A stretch of 56,697 nucleotides of DNA from an archaeon. Its GTDB lineage: Archaea; Nanobdellota; Nanobdellia; Pacearchaeales; GW2011-AR1. The position numbers were made by a program, and so were the translations under genes. Below are positions 9,601 through 18,865 of the stretch, one piece after another. Position 1 is the first letter of the stretch, and each line of letters begins with the position of its first letter. Under the pieces are notes generated by a model. It saw only the letters and a list, made by a program, of their open reading frames with translations, was not told the DNA's origin and made no database searches. Where the stretch lies: assembly GCA_043817815.1 (NCBI GenBank), contig JBDRGM010000024.1, positions 1-56,697 on the forward strand, given 5' to 3'.

Positions 9601-9885
9601 ATGGAAGAAAAAATAACCCTTTTGATATCTAGAGAATTAAAAGAAAGAATAGAAGAAAAAATAAATAAAACAGAGTTTAAATCAGTTGAAAATTATCTCT
9701 TATATTTTCTAGAGCAGATTGTTTCTGAGGAGGAAGGAACTTGGGAACAAGGCTATACTGAAGAGGAAGAAAAAGATATTAGGGGTCCTGGAGCACTTTC
9801 CAGAGAAGATACCCAAAACTCTCCTTATAGTGAAGAAGATGAAGCTGCTCTGAAAAAAAATCTTGAAGACTTGGGTTACCTCTAA
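9601..9885 (+). CDS. Ribbon-helix-helix (CopG-like) small protein with acidic linker; paralogue of 7862..8083
   Basis: 94 aa. KITLLISRELKERIEEKINKTEFKSVENYLLYFLEQIV (RHH-like), an acidic Glu-rich linker, and a C-terminal NLEDLGYL matching RLEKLGYI of the other RHH ORF. Confidence 0.4.
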   Translation: MEEKITLLISRELKERIEEKINKTEFKSVENYLLYFLEQIVSEEEGTWEQGYTEEEEKDIRGPGALSREDTQNSPYSEEDEAALKKNLEDLGYL

Positions 9886-10125
9886 TTCCTATTAAATATT
9901 TTACTCTTTAGGAAGATAACAAGGATTTAAAAAAAGAGGTATATCTTAAAGAATGTTAAATATGAATAATTAAAAAATGGCGAATAAAGAATTAGTTTTA
10001 ATGGGCTTGTTTTTCCTTGATTTATTTGTAATATTCTATGCTGTTTTAATGGCCAGATTAAAAGTAAAACTCGATGTGGAATATATAAAGGGACAAAAGA
10101 AGAAACTGTGGGGGATGCAGTAAAT

Positions 10126-10617
10126 ATGAAAAAATTGAATTTTGGATGTGGGACAAATATTTTAGAAGGTTACGATAATATAGATATTCAGAAAGGAGAG
10201 GGAATAATCAAGAGTTTTGATTTTGATAAATTTCCTTATCCAATCAAAGACAATACTTATGATGAAATTCTCTTTGAGAATACAATCGAACACTTATATA
10301 AACCAGAGAAAGCATTATTAGAACTTCATAGGATTTGCAAGTCAGACGCAAAAATAATCATAAAGGTTGTTTATTACAACAATAAAGGAGCATATACAGA
10401 TATGACTCATAGAAGTTTTTTCTCAGAGAGGAGTTTTGTTAATTTTGTCAATGAGGTTAATGTTCCAGATAAACAAAAAATGTTTGAGTTAGTCTCCTTA
10501 AAATTAATTCCTTCAAAATTTGGAGGCATTTTTCCAAAACAATTCCGAAGAAGGTTAAGTTCAATCCTGTCAGGGGTAATCAAATTGATTCATTTGGAAT
10601 TGAAAGTAATCAAATAG
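10126..10617 (+). CDS. Class I SAM-dependent methyltransferase
   Basis: Motif I LNFGCGTNILEGYDNIDI. ILFENTIEHL (motif II/III region). The track start 10108 is a GTG; the ATG at 10126 (MKKLNFGCG) is preferred. Confidence 0.7.
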   Translation: MKKLNFGCGTNILEGYDNIDIQKGEGIIKSFDFDKFPYPIKDNTYDEILFENTIEHLYKPEKALLELHRICKSDAKIIIKVVYYNNKGAYTDMTHRSFFSERSFVNFVNEVNVPDKQKMFELVSLKLIPSKFGGIFPKQFRRRLSSILSGVIKLIHLELKVIK

Positions 10618-10618
10618 A

Positions 10619-11443
10619 TTATTTTTTCTTACAAATTATCATATAATTTATTATCCCTAATAGACCAAACTTGGCTAAAATTCTTTTAGGCAGGCTTTCT
10701 TGAGTTTCAATTAGTTTTTTTAATTCATCTATATTTTCATACAATCCAATATCTCTTCCAATCTCTTCTTTAACAGGAACAAAGTTTTTTGAAATTAAAA
10801 CTTGAATGTCGTTTAATGTAAACATATAAGGGTGATGGATATTAAATATCTCTCTAGTTAAAATTTCCTTCAATTTTCCGTAAATCTTCGCTATATAAAT
10901 AAATTTTTTTTGATAAATATAATTCTCAAGATGAAAAATCCCCTCGTTTTTTAAGACCCTTTTTATCTCAGAAAAAACTCTGTCTGGAAGTTCTGTGTGA
11001 TCCAAAACATTAATTAAGATAACCACATTAAAATATTCGTCGGGAAATGGGATTTCTTCACCCCTTCCTTTTTTGAGATTACTTGATTCATAATCAAACT
11101 TGAATCTTTTTTTATAAAAATCAGCCAAGGGGTCTATAGAATATCTTTCTCCTTCTTTAAAATAATTAATAACATCTTCAGGTCCACAACCAATTTGTAA
11201 AATTTTAGTATTTTTATCTGTTTTAGTAAAATGAGACCAGTCTTCTAATAAAATTTCAGCTTTTTTTGGATATCTATCTCTTGATTCATTTAAAAGTGAT
11301 TCAGTTGTGTAATCCTCCCAAAATTCTTCCTCAGAATTTTGTGCAATTTCCCAGCGCTTAGCATCTGTTTTTCCTTTTAATTTACTTCTACGAGTTTCAT
11401 TAGTTCCTTTTTTTAAGTCATTTAACAATTTTTTAGATATCAT
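10619..11443 (-). CDS. Class I SAM-dependent methyltransferase
   Basis: 274 aa. Motif I ILQIGCGPEDVINYF; VVILINVLDHTELP; GIFHLE. Only 1 nt from the upstream radical SAM gene. Confidence 0.7.
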   Translation of the reverse strand: MISKKLLNDLKKGTNETRRSKLKGKTDAKRWEIAQNSEEEFWEDYTTESLLNESRDRYPKKAEILLEDWSHFTKTDKNTKILQIGCGPEDVINYFKEGERYSIDPLADFYKKRFKFDYESSNLKKGRGEEIPFPDEYFNVVILINVLDHTELPDRVFSEIKRVLKNEGIFHLENYIYQKKFIYIAKIYGKLKEILTREIFNIHHPYMFTLNDIQVLISKNFVPVKEEIGRDIGLYENIDELKKLIETQESLPKRILAKFGLLGIINYMIICKKK

Positions 11444-11444
11444 C

Positions 11445-12854
11445 TTAACTGTTCTTAAAATTTCTCATCCCAATAAAGGGCAGTACAACACCATCTCTCC
11501 ATATTAAAAATCTTTTAGCACTTTTTAAAATATGTCTGTAATCACCAACATTTAACCAATACCTTAGTCTTTTAATTTTGTTTCTATGAAATCCCGTACT
11601 TATAATTTTTTGAATAGTTCTGATTATATGCTCATCAGGAATTTCACTGACTTTGTGTTTTACTTCTATCTTTAATGTGTTCCCAGTCCATTTAACCCAT
11701 TCTTCTAATGTTTCAGGTTTTGTAATCAAACTTCTTGAAACACAGTAGTCAAATAAGGGGGCTCCTGGAAGAGGCAGATATATCTTAGCATTCGGAAGGT
11801 CTGGCTTATATTTTTTCACAAAATTCAAAGTCATGTTTATTTCTTCAACAGTTTCAGTAGGAAGTCCAACCATGAAACTTGCATCGCAGGTTATACCATG
11901 TCTCATACATTTTTTAACAGCATCTATGTTTTGTTGTATTGTTGTTCTTTTATTTAAAAAATTTAAAACTCTCTGGCTTCCAGATTCTATTCCTATCTGA
12001 ATTGTATGACACCCCGCATCCTTCAACACCTTTAACACTTCATTATCCAAGTCATCTGCTCTTGCAAAACAAAAAAAGTGCACTCCTTTATTTTTTAAAT
12101 ATTTACAAACTTCAATTGTTTGTTCCCGATTAGATAAGAAATTATCATCTGCAATTGAAAAGGTTTTTATTTTGTATTTTTCAATTAATTTCCTAAAGAA
12201 TTCTATCATCTGTTCAGATGTATAGCTTCTAACACAAGGTTTCCCGTTTACCCCCCAGCTTCGTGTAGAACAGCAAAAAGTACAATTCCCACTACAACCT
12301 CTACTTAAAACAACATAGATATGACCATATTTTTTAAGTTCAAGTAAATCATAATTAGGAAGCTTGAGTTTGGCAACATCAATAAAGGGTCTTAAGGGAT
12401 TCTTATTGACATTTTTCAGTTTTCCTAATTTTTTCGGATTTTTATCAAATGTATCACAAAATTCTAAAAACGCTTCTTCACCCTCGCCCCTAATAATGTA
12501 ATCTATATAAGGCTCTTTTAAAACAGAGTCTGGGTCAACAGAAGCATGAATCCCCCCAACAACTATAATCGCTCCCTCCAAAACACTCTGGGTTAACTTC
12601 CCAAGATGCATTACATCGTGAAGCATCGGAGTGGTCATGCTTGTAAGACCAATTATGTCGGGTTTATATTCTTTCAAGAGTTTCGTATAATCCTCGTCAT
12701 GAGGGTAAATATTTCTATCATAGATTTTAACTTCATGCTTATCTTCTATTGCAGTTCCAAGATAAACTAAATTTATTGGAGTATTAATCCTTTCCCTTCT
12801 AAATTCATTATTTTTAAGGTCATCATGAGGTTCAATCAATAAAACTCTCGCCAT
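11445..12854 (-). CDS. B12-binding-domain (class B) radical SAM enzyme
   Basis: 469 aa. MARVLLIEPHD...NLVYLGTAIEDKHEVKIYD, VGGIHAS (B12-type domain). LSRGCSGNCTFCCS (CxxxCxxC). Confidence 0.85.
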   Translation of the reverse strand: MARVLLIEPHDDLKNNEFRRERINTPINLVYLGTAIEDKHEVKIYDRNIYPHDEDYTKLLKEYKPDIIGLTSMTTPMLHDVMHLGKLTQSVLEGAIIVVGGIHASVDPDSVLKEPYIDYIIRGEGEEAFLEFCDTFDKNPKKLGKLKNVNKNPLRPFIDVAKLKLPNYDLLELKKYGHIYVVLSRGCSGNCTFCCSTRSWGVNGKPCVRSYTSEQMIEFFRKLIEKYKIKTFSIADDNFLSNREQTIEVCKYLKNKGVHFFCFARADDLDNEVLKVLKDAGCHTIQIGIESGSQRVLNFLNKRTTIQQNIDAVKKCMRHGITCDASFMVGLPTETVEEINMTLNFVKKYKPDLPNAKIYLPLPGAPLFDYCVSRSLITKPETLEEWVKWTGNTLKIEVKHKVSEIPDEHIIRTIQKIISTGFHRNKIKRLRYWLNVGDYRHILKSAKRFLIWRDGVVLPFIGMRNFKNS

Positions 12855-12857
12855 TTT

Positions 12858-13649
12858 CTATTTTCCTAAACCTTTCTCATTTAATTCAGATATTTTTTTT
12901 GATTTATATTTTGATAAAAACTTAGCCACTTTTTCAAACAATTCAAAGTCATCCAAATATGCCATTGTTGCAGGATGGATCAATATTATACTTGGAACTT
13001 TATTTTTTTCATTTTCTTTCACTCTTTTCTTTAAAATTTCAAACCACTCTTCTACCTTTATCCTGCCTTTTGTGCATGAAGCAAAAGGGTCGCGATTTTC
13101 AGGTCTTAGTTCTCCATAGATAATTGTGTTTTGGTCTACAGGAATATTAATCGGTAAATGAATCATTCCCCCTGATTCAAAAGGCTTTTTATCTCCTAGT
13201 AAATCTGAAATATATAAAACCCCTTCTTTTTGTAAAATTTCAAAAGTTTTTCTATTAGAACCAAACGCATGAGTTCTCCATGAACTCATTTTCAAACCTT
13301 TCTTTTCAAAAGCTTCTTTTGTTTTTTTAATATCTTTTTTTTGAAACTCAGAAGAGCCATATATACAGCCATAAATTCTCCTGTAAATATAACTTTTAAT
13401 AATGTTCATTTTTCCGAAATTATCATAGGTATGCCCCCCTAATTGAATATCATATTCTAGCAATTCGTTTATCTCTTGAGATTCATTTTTATTATCTAAG
13501 CTTATGCCATTAACAAAAAGCGTGCAATTTAACCCATACTTTTTCAAAATATCAAGATACTTCTTAGATGCTTTAATTTCAGAACCTATTTTTTTTTGTT
13601 CCCATGTCTTCAATTTGTTTGAATGAACATCTCCTGTAATAAATATCAT
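12858..13649 (-). CDS. Putative polysaccharide deacetylase-like (CE4/NodB-like) protein, divergent
   Basis: 263 aa. FITGDVHS, LGGHTYDN and SWRTHAFGS sit in the order and spacing of CE4 motifs 1-3, but all are degenerate. Start overlaps the stop of the upstream gene (13646-13649). Confidence 0.35.
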   Translation of the reverse strand: MIFITGDVHSNKLKTWEQKKIGSEIKASKKYLDILKKYGLNCTLFVNGISLDNKNESQEINELLEYDIQLGGHTYDNFGKMNIIKSYIYRRIYGCIYGSSEFQKKDIKKTKEAFEKKGLKMSSWRTHAFGSNRKTFEILQKEGVLYISDLLGDKKPFESGGMIHLPINIPVDQNTIIYGELRPENRDPFASCTKGRIKVEEWFEILKKRVKENEKNKVPSIILIHPATMAYLDDFELFEKVAKFLSKYKSKKISELNEKGLGK

Positions 13650-16360
13650 TTTATATTTAAAATTCTCATCAAGCCTTCGTCTAAGCTAACTTTTGGCTCC
13701 CAGCCAAGAAATTCTCTCGCTTTATTTATATCTGCATAACTATTACTGTTTATAAAATTATTATCACTAAAATTTACTTGCTTTGTTCCTTTTACTATCT
13801 TTTCTACTAATTCCATAACACTATGACTCTCTCCTGAACCTACATTAAATATTTCAAAAGAATTTTTAGCAATGCTCTTTTTAATAGCATCTATCACGTC
13901 ATCAACATAAACGAGGTCTCTTTTTGGATAAGGATTACCTAAATTTATGCTTTCATTTTCTAATTGAGAAATTATGTCTGGAATTAAAAATCCTTTTTGT
14001 TGCCCTTTACCATAGGGATTAAAGAGCCTTAAGATAATTACATTTACCCCAAATTTTTTATTATAGTGTTCACATAATTTTTCAGCAATTGCTTTTGTTA
14101 ATCCATAGAATGATTTTGGATTAACAGGGGTGTCTTCTCTTATTTGGGAATCTGAATCTCCATACACTGATGCACTTGAAACAAAAACCAAACCATTCCC
14201 AGTCTTTTTGCAATACTCTAAAACATTCAAAGTACCATTAACATTAACATTAAACATCTCTAACTCATTGTCATTTTTTGTTAATGCAGCTAAGTGAATA
14301 ATCTTATCTGCAAATAATCCATCAAAATCACTCATATTTTCAATATTTTTTCCTTCATCTTTATCAAAAGTAATAATCTCATATTTCCTCCCTAATTCTT
14401 CAACTAATCTTTTCCCCAAAAATCCACTACTCCCTGTCACAATTATCCTCCCAAGTTTTTGCCATCTTGCTCTTGCTGCTTCAACAATCTCTTTGATTCT
14501 ATTTTTAGAGAGATTCTCTGTTTCAATTACCGGTTCACCTTTTTGCAGATAATCATCAAAATTTTTAGACAGAATTTTTATTCCATACATTTCAGGATTA
14601 TTCCAAATAGGACTTCCAGGAAAAGGAGTCAACGAATAAAAATCCGCAAAGCCTAATCCTTTATTTCTAAACTCTTCTGCAAATTCAATTGTTTTTCTCG
14701 CTGTTTCTTCAGTCTCTCCAGGCAAGCCAATAATAAAAAAACCTTTAACATGGAGATTATATCTACTAAATAATTCTATAGCATTTTTATTAGATTCAAC
14801 AGTTGTTCCTTTATTTATATTTTGTAAAATTTTATCATTCCCGCTTTCAATTCCCAATGCAACAGAGATGCATCCACTATTCTTTAGCCTCCTGACCACA
14901 TCCTCGTTAACATCAGTGCTCCTCATTTCAATTCTATACTTCATCTGTTCTTCTTTAAAAATATCTATAATTGTTTCAAAATGTTCTTTTTTCACAACAA
15001 AGTTTTCATCAAAAATATACACTGCTTCATAACCTTGCTGTTTTAATTTTTTCACCTCTTGCCTTACATTTTCAGGATTTCTAAATTGAACCTTTTTTTC
15101 ATGACTTGCGCAGAAAATACAACTAAAAGGACAACCTCTTGAAGTCATCATCGTAGCTGTTCTTAAATTTTTGCCTGTTTCATAATCTTGAGTATACATA
15201 GAATATTTATTTGAATCTAATTTATCTCTATCTGGAATAGCAAAATCATTTATATTAACTTCTTCAGAAATAATTCCTCTTACACCTTGTATTGCTTTAA
15301 TAGATCCAACCTCTCCATTCCCAACAATTATTGCATCTGCAATACCTTCAAAAGATTCTGGCATTGCAGTTACATGAGCTCCGCCAACCATTATTTTTGT
15401 TTTAGGAGAAATAATCTTTATTTTCTCCCCAAGTTCTCTCATTTGTTTATAACAAGGAGAACTTATTACACTTAATCCAATCCAGCCAGGCTTTTCTGAT
15501 TTAACTTTCTCTAAAAATACATTCACATCAAAATGATTCAAATCAAATATCTCATTATTTATATTATTCTTAGTTAGTGCACTTGAAATATACATAATCC
15601 CTAAGGGGGGCCTGTCTCCAGCATCACGCAAGAAATTTCTTTCATCTGGCGAGACTAAAAAAACGTTTATTTCTTCATTTATTCTGCATAATTCCTGCGC
15701 CTTTTCAAAATCATCAATTTTTCCAATGTCTATCCACTGACCTTCATGTAAAAATTCAACAACATTTCCCCCTTCTGAAATCACCTTCTTAACTAATTCA
15801 TCCATGTTATAAAATTCGTCTTCTGGAATATATCTTAGAACTCTTGGATTCAGCATATACATTCCAGTGCATATCTTAACTTCTATTGTGGGCTTTTCAG
15901 TCCAACCAGTAATTTTTTTATTTTCTGTTTCCATAACCCCATAATTTACAGGAACCTCAATCTTCCTCGTAACCAGACTAACATCTGCATTATTTTCTTT
16001 GTGATTTTTTTTCATCTCTTTTATATTCAAGTCTGTGATTAAATCCCCATTCATCACAAAAAAATCTTCATGAATTTTATCTTTAAGAAGTTTTAAAGGC
16101 CCTGCAGTGCCCAATGGCTTTGATTCTTTTAGGTAATTTATATTTAGGCCTATCTTTAACCCGTCGCCAAAAAGAGTTTCAAAAAGATAAGATTTGTAAT
16201 TTGTTGCTAAAGTAATATCTCTTATCCCTTGGTTCCTTAGATTCTCAAAAATTAATTCCAGTACTGGTTTGCCATTGATTGGCAATAATGGTTTAGGAAT
16301 TACTTGTGTGTATGGTCTTAGCCTTTTTCCCTCTCCCCCTGCTAAAATCACAGCCCTCAT
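13646..16360 (-). CDS. Three-domain fusion: sugar-phosphate nucleotidyltransferase + B12-binding radical SAM + extended-SDR NAD-dependent epimerase/dehydratase
   Basis: 904 aa. aa 1 to about 235 (about 16360-15656): MRAVILAGGEGKRLRPYTQVIPKPLLPING. aa about 240-640 (about 15643-14441): PPLGIMYISSAL..., VGGAHVT, TSRGCPFSCIFCAS. aa about 645-904 (about 14428-13649): RIIVTGSSGFLGKRLVEEL ... FYGLTKAIAEK (GxxGxxG plus YxxxK). Confidence 0.8.
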   Translation of the reverse strand: MRAVILAGGEGKRLRPYTQVIPKPLLPINGKPVLELIFENLRNQGIRDITLATNYKSYLFETLFGDGLKIGLNINYLKESKPLGTAGPLKLLKDKIHEDFFVMNGDLITDLNIKEMKKNHKENNADVSLVTRKIEVPVNYGVMETENKKITGWTEKPTIEVKICTGMYMLNPRVLRYIPEDEFYNMDELVKKVISEGGNVVEFLHEGQWIDIGKIDDFEKAQELCRINEEINVFLVSPDERNFLRDAGDRPPLGIMYISSALTKNNINNEIFDLNHFDVNVFLEKVKSEKPGWIGLSVISSPCYKQMRELGEKIKIISPKTKIMVGGAHVTAMPESFEGIADAIIVGNGEVGSIKAIQGVRGIISEEVNINDFAIPDRDKLDSNKYSMYTQDYETGKNLRTATMMTSRGCPFSCIFCASHEKKVQFRNPENVRQEVKKLKQQGYEAVYIFDENFVVKKEHFETIIDIFKEEQMKYRIEMRSTDVNEDVVRRLKNSGCISVALGIESGNDKILQNINKGTTVESNKNAIELFSRYNLHVKGFFIIGLPGETEETARKTIEFAEEFRNKGLGFADFYSLTPFPGSPIWNNPEMYGIKILSKNFDDYLQKGEPVIETENLSKNRIKEIVEAARARWQKLGRIIVTGSSGFLGKRLVEELGRKYEIITFDKDEGKNIENMSDFDGLFADKIIHLAALTKNDNELEMFNVNVNGTLNVLEYCKKTGNGLVFVSSASVYGDSDSQIREDTPVNPKSFYGLTKAIAEKLCEHYNKKFGVNVIILRLFNPYGKGQQKGFLIPDIISQLENESINLGNPYPKRDLVYVDDVIDAIKKSIAKNSFEIFNVGSGESHSVMELVEKIVKGTKQVNFSDNNFINSNSYADINKAREFLGWEPKVSLDEGLMRILNIK

Positions 16361-16421
16361 TTGATAATACTCCTATGAATATTAACACATGAATGAAAAA
16401 TTTTATATTTTATTTTCATTT

Positions 16422-17411
16422 TCAGATATTTTCTCTTTCCTCTTTATATTTATCAAAATTATTTCTTACATAATCTACAACTTCAGTCAAACCTTGTTCA
16501 AGGGAATATATAGGTTCCCATCCCAAGACGTTTTTTGCTTCTGAATTATCTCCTAATAACATCATCACCTCACTTTTTTCTGGTCGAATTCTTTCATCTT
16601 TTGTTTCAATTGTAAATTCTTTATTAATTATTGATTTAATTTTTTCAACAAGTTCTTCAATCGAGATAGTTTTACCAGAACTAATATTAATTGTTTTTCC
16701 AATTGACTCATCAGATTCAGCAACTTTGATAAATCCTCTGACAACATCTTTTACATAATTAAAATCTCTCTTTGGAGACAATGAACCTAGTTTTATCTTA
16801 TCATTTGTTAAAGCCTGATAAATAATTGTGGGTATAACTGCTCTCATTGATTGTCTTGGTCCATAGGTATTGAAAGGTCTAATTGTTGCTACAGGGAGAT
16901 TGTACGTCCTGTAAAAACTTTCAGCAAGTTTGTCTGCAGAAATTTTTGTAGCAGAATAAGGTGATTGTGCTTGCAAAGGGTGTTTCTCATTCATCGGAGA
17001 ATAAATAGCAGTCCCATAAACTTCAGATGTGGAAGTCACAACAACTTTTTTTACATCATATTCTCTAGAAGCTTGAAGTATATTTAATGTTCCTATTATA
17101 TTTGTCTCAACAAAATCGCGAGGGTCATCATAAGAATATGGAATTGAAATCAATGCTCCTAAATGAAAAACAACATCAACATCTTTCACAGCTCTTTTAA
17201 CACAATCATAATTCTTTAAATCTCCCCTAATTATCTCTATTTCATTGAGTATCTCTTTAGGGAGCTCCTTTAGATTTTTAATATTTCCGTCAGAATTATA
17301 TCTAACCAAAGCTCGTACCTTTGAACCCATCTTAACTAACTCCTCTGTCAGATGACTTCCAATAAATCCTCCAGCACCTGTAACCAGCACTCTTTTGCCT
17401 TTTAGTTCCAT
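16422..17411 (-). CDS. NAD-dependent NDP-sugar epimerase/dehydratase (extended SDR)
   Basis: 329 aa. VLVTGAGGFIGSHLTEEL (GxxGxxG), TSTSEVYG, SPYSATKISADK (YxxxK). Confidence 0.85.
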   Translation of the reverse strand: MELKGKRVLVTGAGGFIGSHLTEELVKMGSKVRALVRYNSDGNIKNLKELPKEILNEIEIIRGDLKNYDCVKRAVKDVDVVFHLGALISIPYSYDDPRDFVETNIIGTLNILQASREYDVKKVVVTSTSEVYGTAIYSPMNEKHPLQAQSPYSATKISADKLAESFYRTYNLPVATIRPFNTYGPRQSMRAVIPTIIYQALTNDKIKLGSLSPKRDFNYVKDVVRGFIKVAESDESIGKTINISSGKTISIEELVEKIKSIINKEFTIETKDERIRPEKSEVMMLLGDNSEAKNVLGWEPIYSLEQGLTEVVDYVRNNFDKYKEERENI

Positions 17412-17521
17412 AATTTTTGAACAAGTGCGAGGTATTTAAAGATTGTTAAGAAAGAATACATCATTTAGAAGTATTTTTAAAAAATACATAACTTCTTAAA
17501 TCTCTAATTTAGTCCTAAGAA

Positions 17522-18010
17522 ATGGAAAAAGTAAAATATCATGCATCAGGAACATTAGTTTTACCTAATGGTGAGTTTGATAGAACTTTGCTTTTATTTT
17601 ATGATATGGAATATCCTCTAAAAATTTTTAGAGATAACTTTAAACTCTGGGGAGGATTTTGTGAAGGGGATGATTCTCCACTCCAAACTTTAGAAAGAGA
17701 GTTTGTAGAGGAAATAAAAGAAGATACTAAAAACCAAAATTCAGAAAGAAAATATGCTAGAGAAAGTATAATGAAAAAATTTAGAGAAGATGTAATTAGC
17801 ACAGCTAAAGGAATTGAAGATTTTCACATTTCTGTAAAAAAGGGTTCTGCTACTAAAGAAGATTTCAATTGTCTTGTTAGTATATATTCTTCTCCAATAG
17901 ATTCTTCTTTATTTAATGAAGTATCTGATATTCTTTCAAAAGATAGACAATTAAACAACGAGGGTTTGGCAAGAGTAGTATCAATTGATGAGCTAAAAAA
18001 AGGGGGGTGA
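17522..18010 (+). CDS. Nudix-like hydrolase; reading frame probably continues to 18168 after a -1 shift
   Basis: 162 aa. WGGFCEGDDSPLQTLEREFVEEIKE fits G-x5-(E/D)-x7-RE-U-x-EE of the Nudix box. The ORF stops right after an A7G6 run, and the -1 frame stays open for 53 more codons. Confidence 0.6.
   Translation: MEKVKYHASGTLVLPNGEFDRTLLLFYDMEYPLKIFRDNFKLWGGFCEGDDSPLQTLEREFVEEIKEDTKNQNSERKYARESIMKKFREDVISTAKGIEDFHISVKKGSATKEDFNCLVSIYSSPIDSSLFNEVSDILSKDRQLNNEGLARVVSIDELKKGG
17995..18007 (+). promoter_or_regulatory. A7G6 homopolymer run containing an A_AAA_AAA -1 slippery heptamer at the end of the Nudix-like ORF
   Basis: Zero frame reads cta aaa aaa ggg ggg tga. The -1 frame from this point reads ...K K R G V R G A W G N A S M V G K V L G I K I P E Y D F I Q V M S L G Q K P L D S F R E Y K E N F I Y E M N P E K stop (TAG 18166-18168). 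Confidence 0.35.
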
Positions 18011-18174
18011 GAGGTGCTTGGGGAAATGCTTCAATGGTTGGAAAAGTTTTAGGAATAAAAATCCCAGAATATGATTTTATACAAGTGATGTCATTAGGAC
18101 AAAAACCATTAGATTCTTTTAGAGAATATAAAGAAAACTTTATTTATGAAATGAATCCTGAAAAATAGATAAAA

Positions 18175-18783
18175 TCAATTTATCCTCACAGAATAATCCT
18201 TTTTCAACTCTTTTCTTAACTGCTTAAGATTTTCAAACAAAATGCCTTTTCCCCCAATTTTATTAAATCCTTTAACAAACTCATTATTATCATCAGTAAA
18301 AAGAGCATTTTCTGCGTCGACACCCAATTTCTCCAAAATTCTTCTATATATCTTTGCTTCTGGTTTAACAGAATCTTCTAAGCAGGAAAAGACTTCTGCA
18401 TCAAAATATCTCTTATAATCCTTATCATAAAAATACCCTACAGTTGGTAAGGCAGTGTTAGATAAAAATCCTGTTTTATATCTATTATCTTTTAATTCTT
18501 GAACCAACGAAAAAATATATTCTCTTTTTGAAACAATTTCATCAAAACTTTCTCTCCACAATGAAGATGTTTTTGGTTCACCAACACCAAATTTATCACA
18601 TATATTTTTCCACAAATCTTTTTCTAAAATTCTTCCTCGCTCAAATTGTTCATTATATTTCATAAATTCTCTTTTAAGCTCATTATCTTTAATTCCAAGT
18701 TGTGTTCCACAATAAGAAATTAGTTTATCTAATGGATTGTCTATTAGAACATTTCCCCAATCAAATATTACTGCTTGAATCAT
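18175..18783 (-). CDS. HAD-superfamily phosphatase (YihX-like subfamily IA)
   Basis: 202 aa. AVIFDWGNVLID (DxGxV variant of motif I, as in sugar-phosphate phosphatases of the YihX type), GFLSNT (motif II), LFTDDNNEFV (motif IV). Confidence 0.7.
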   Translation of the reverse strand: MIQAVIFDWGNVLIDNPLDKLISYCGTQLGIKDNELKREFMKYNEQFERGRILEKDLWKNICDKFGVGEPKTSSLWRESFDEIVSKREYIFSLVQELKDNRYKTGFLSNTALPTVGYFYDKDYKRYFDAEVFSCLEDSVKPEAKIYRRILEKLGVDAENALFTDDNNEFVKGFNKIGGKGILFENLKQLRKELKKDYSVRIN

Positions 18784-18865
18784 CTATCAGCATAAAAAAT
18801 TTAAGTTATAAATCTTTTCAATTTTCTATAACAAAGCATATAAACCTCTCTTATGATAGAGAAAA

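Noticed and set aside
9977-10123. 48-aa ORF (MANKELVLMGLFFLDLFVIFYAVLMARLKVKLDVEYIKGQKKKLWGMQ) in the gap before the methyltransferase gene.
   Set aside because: It has one plausible TM helix and ends 2 nt before the methyltransferase ATG. It is too short and unsupported to call without conservation or expression data, so it is kept only as a candidate.
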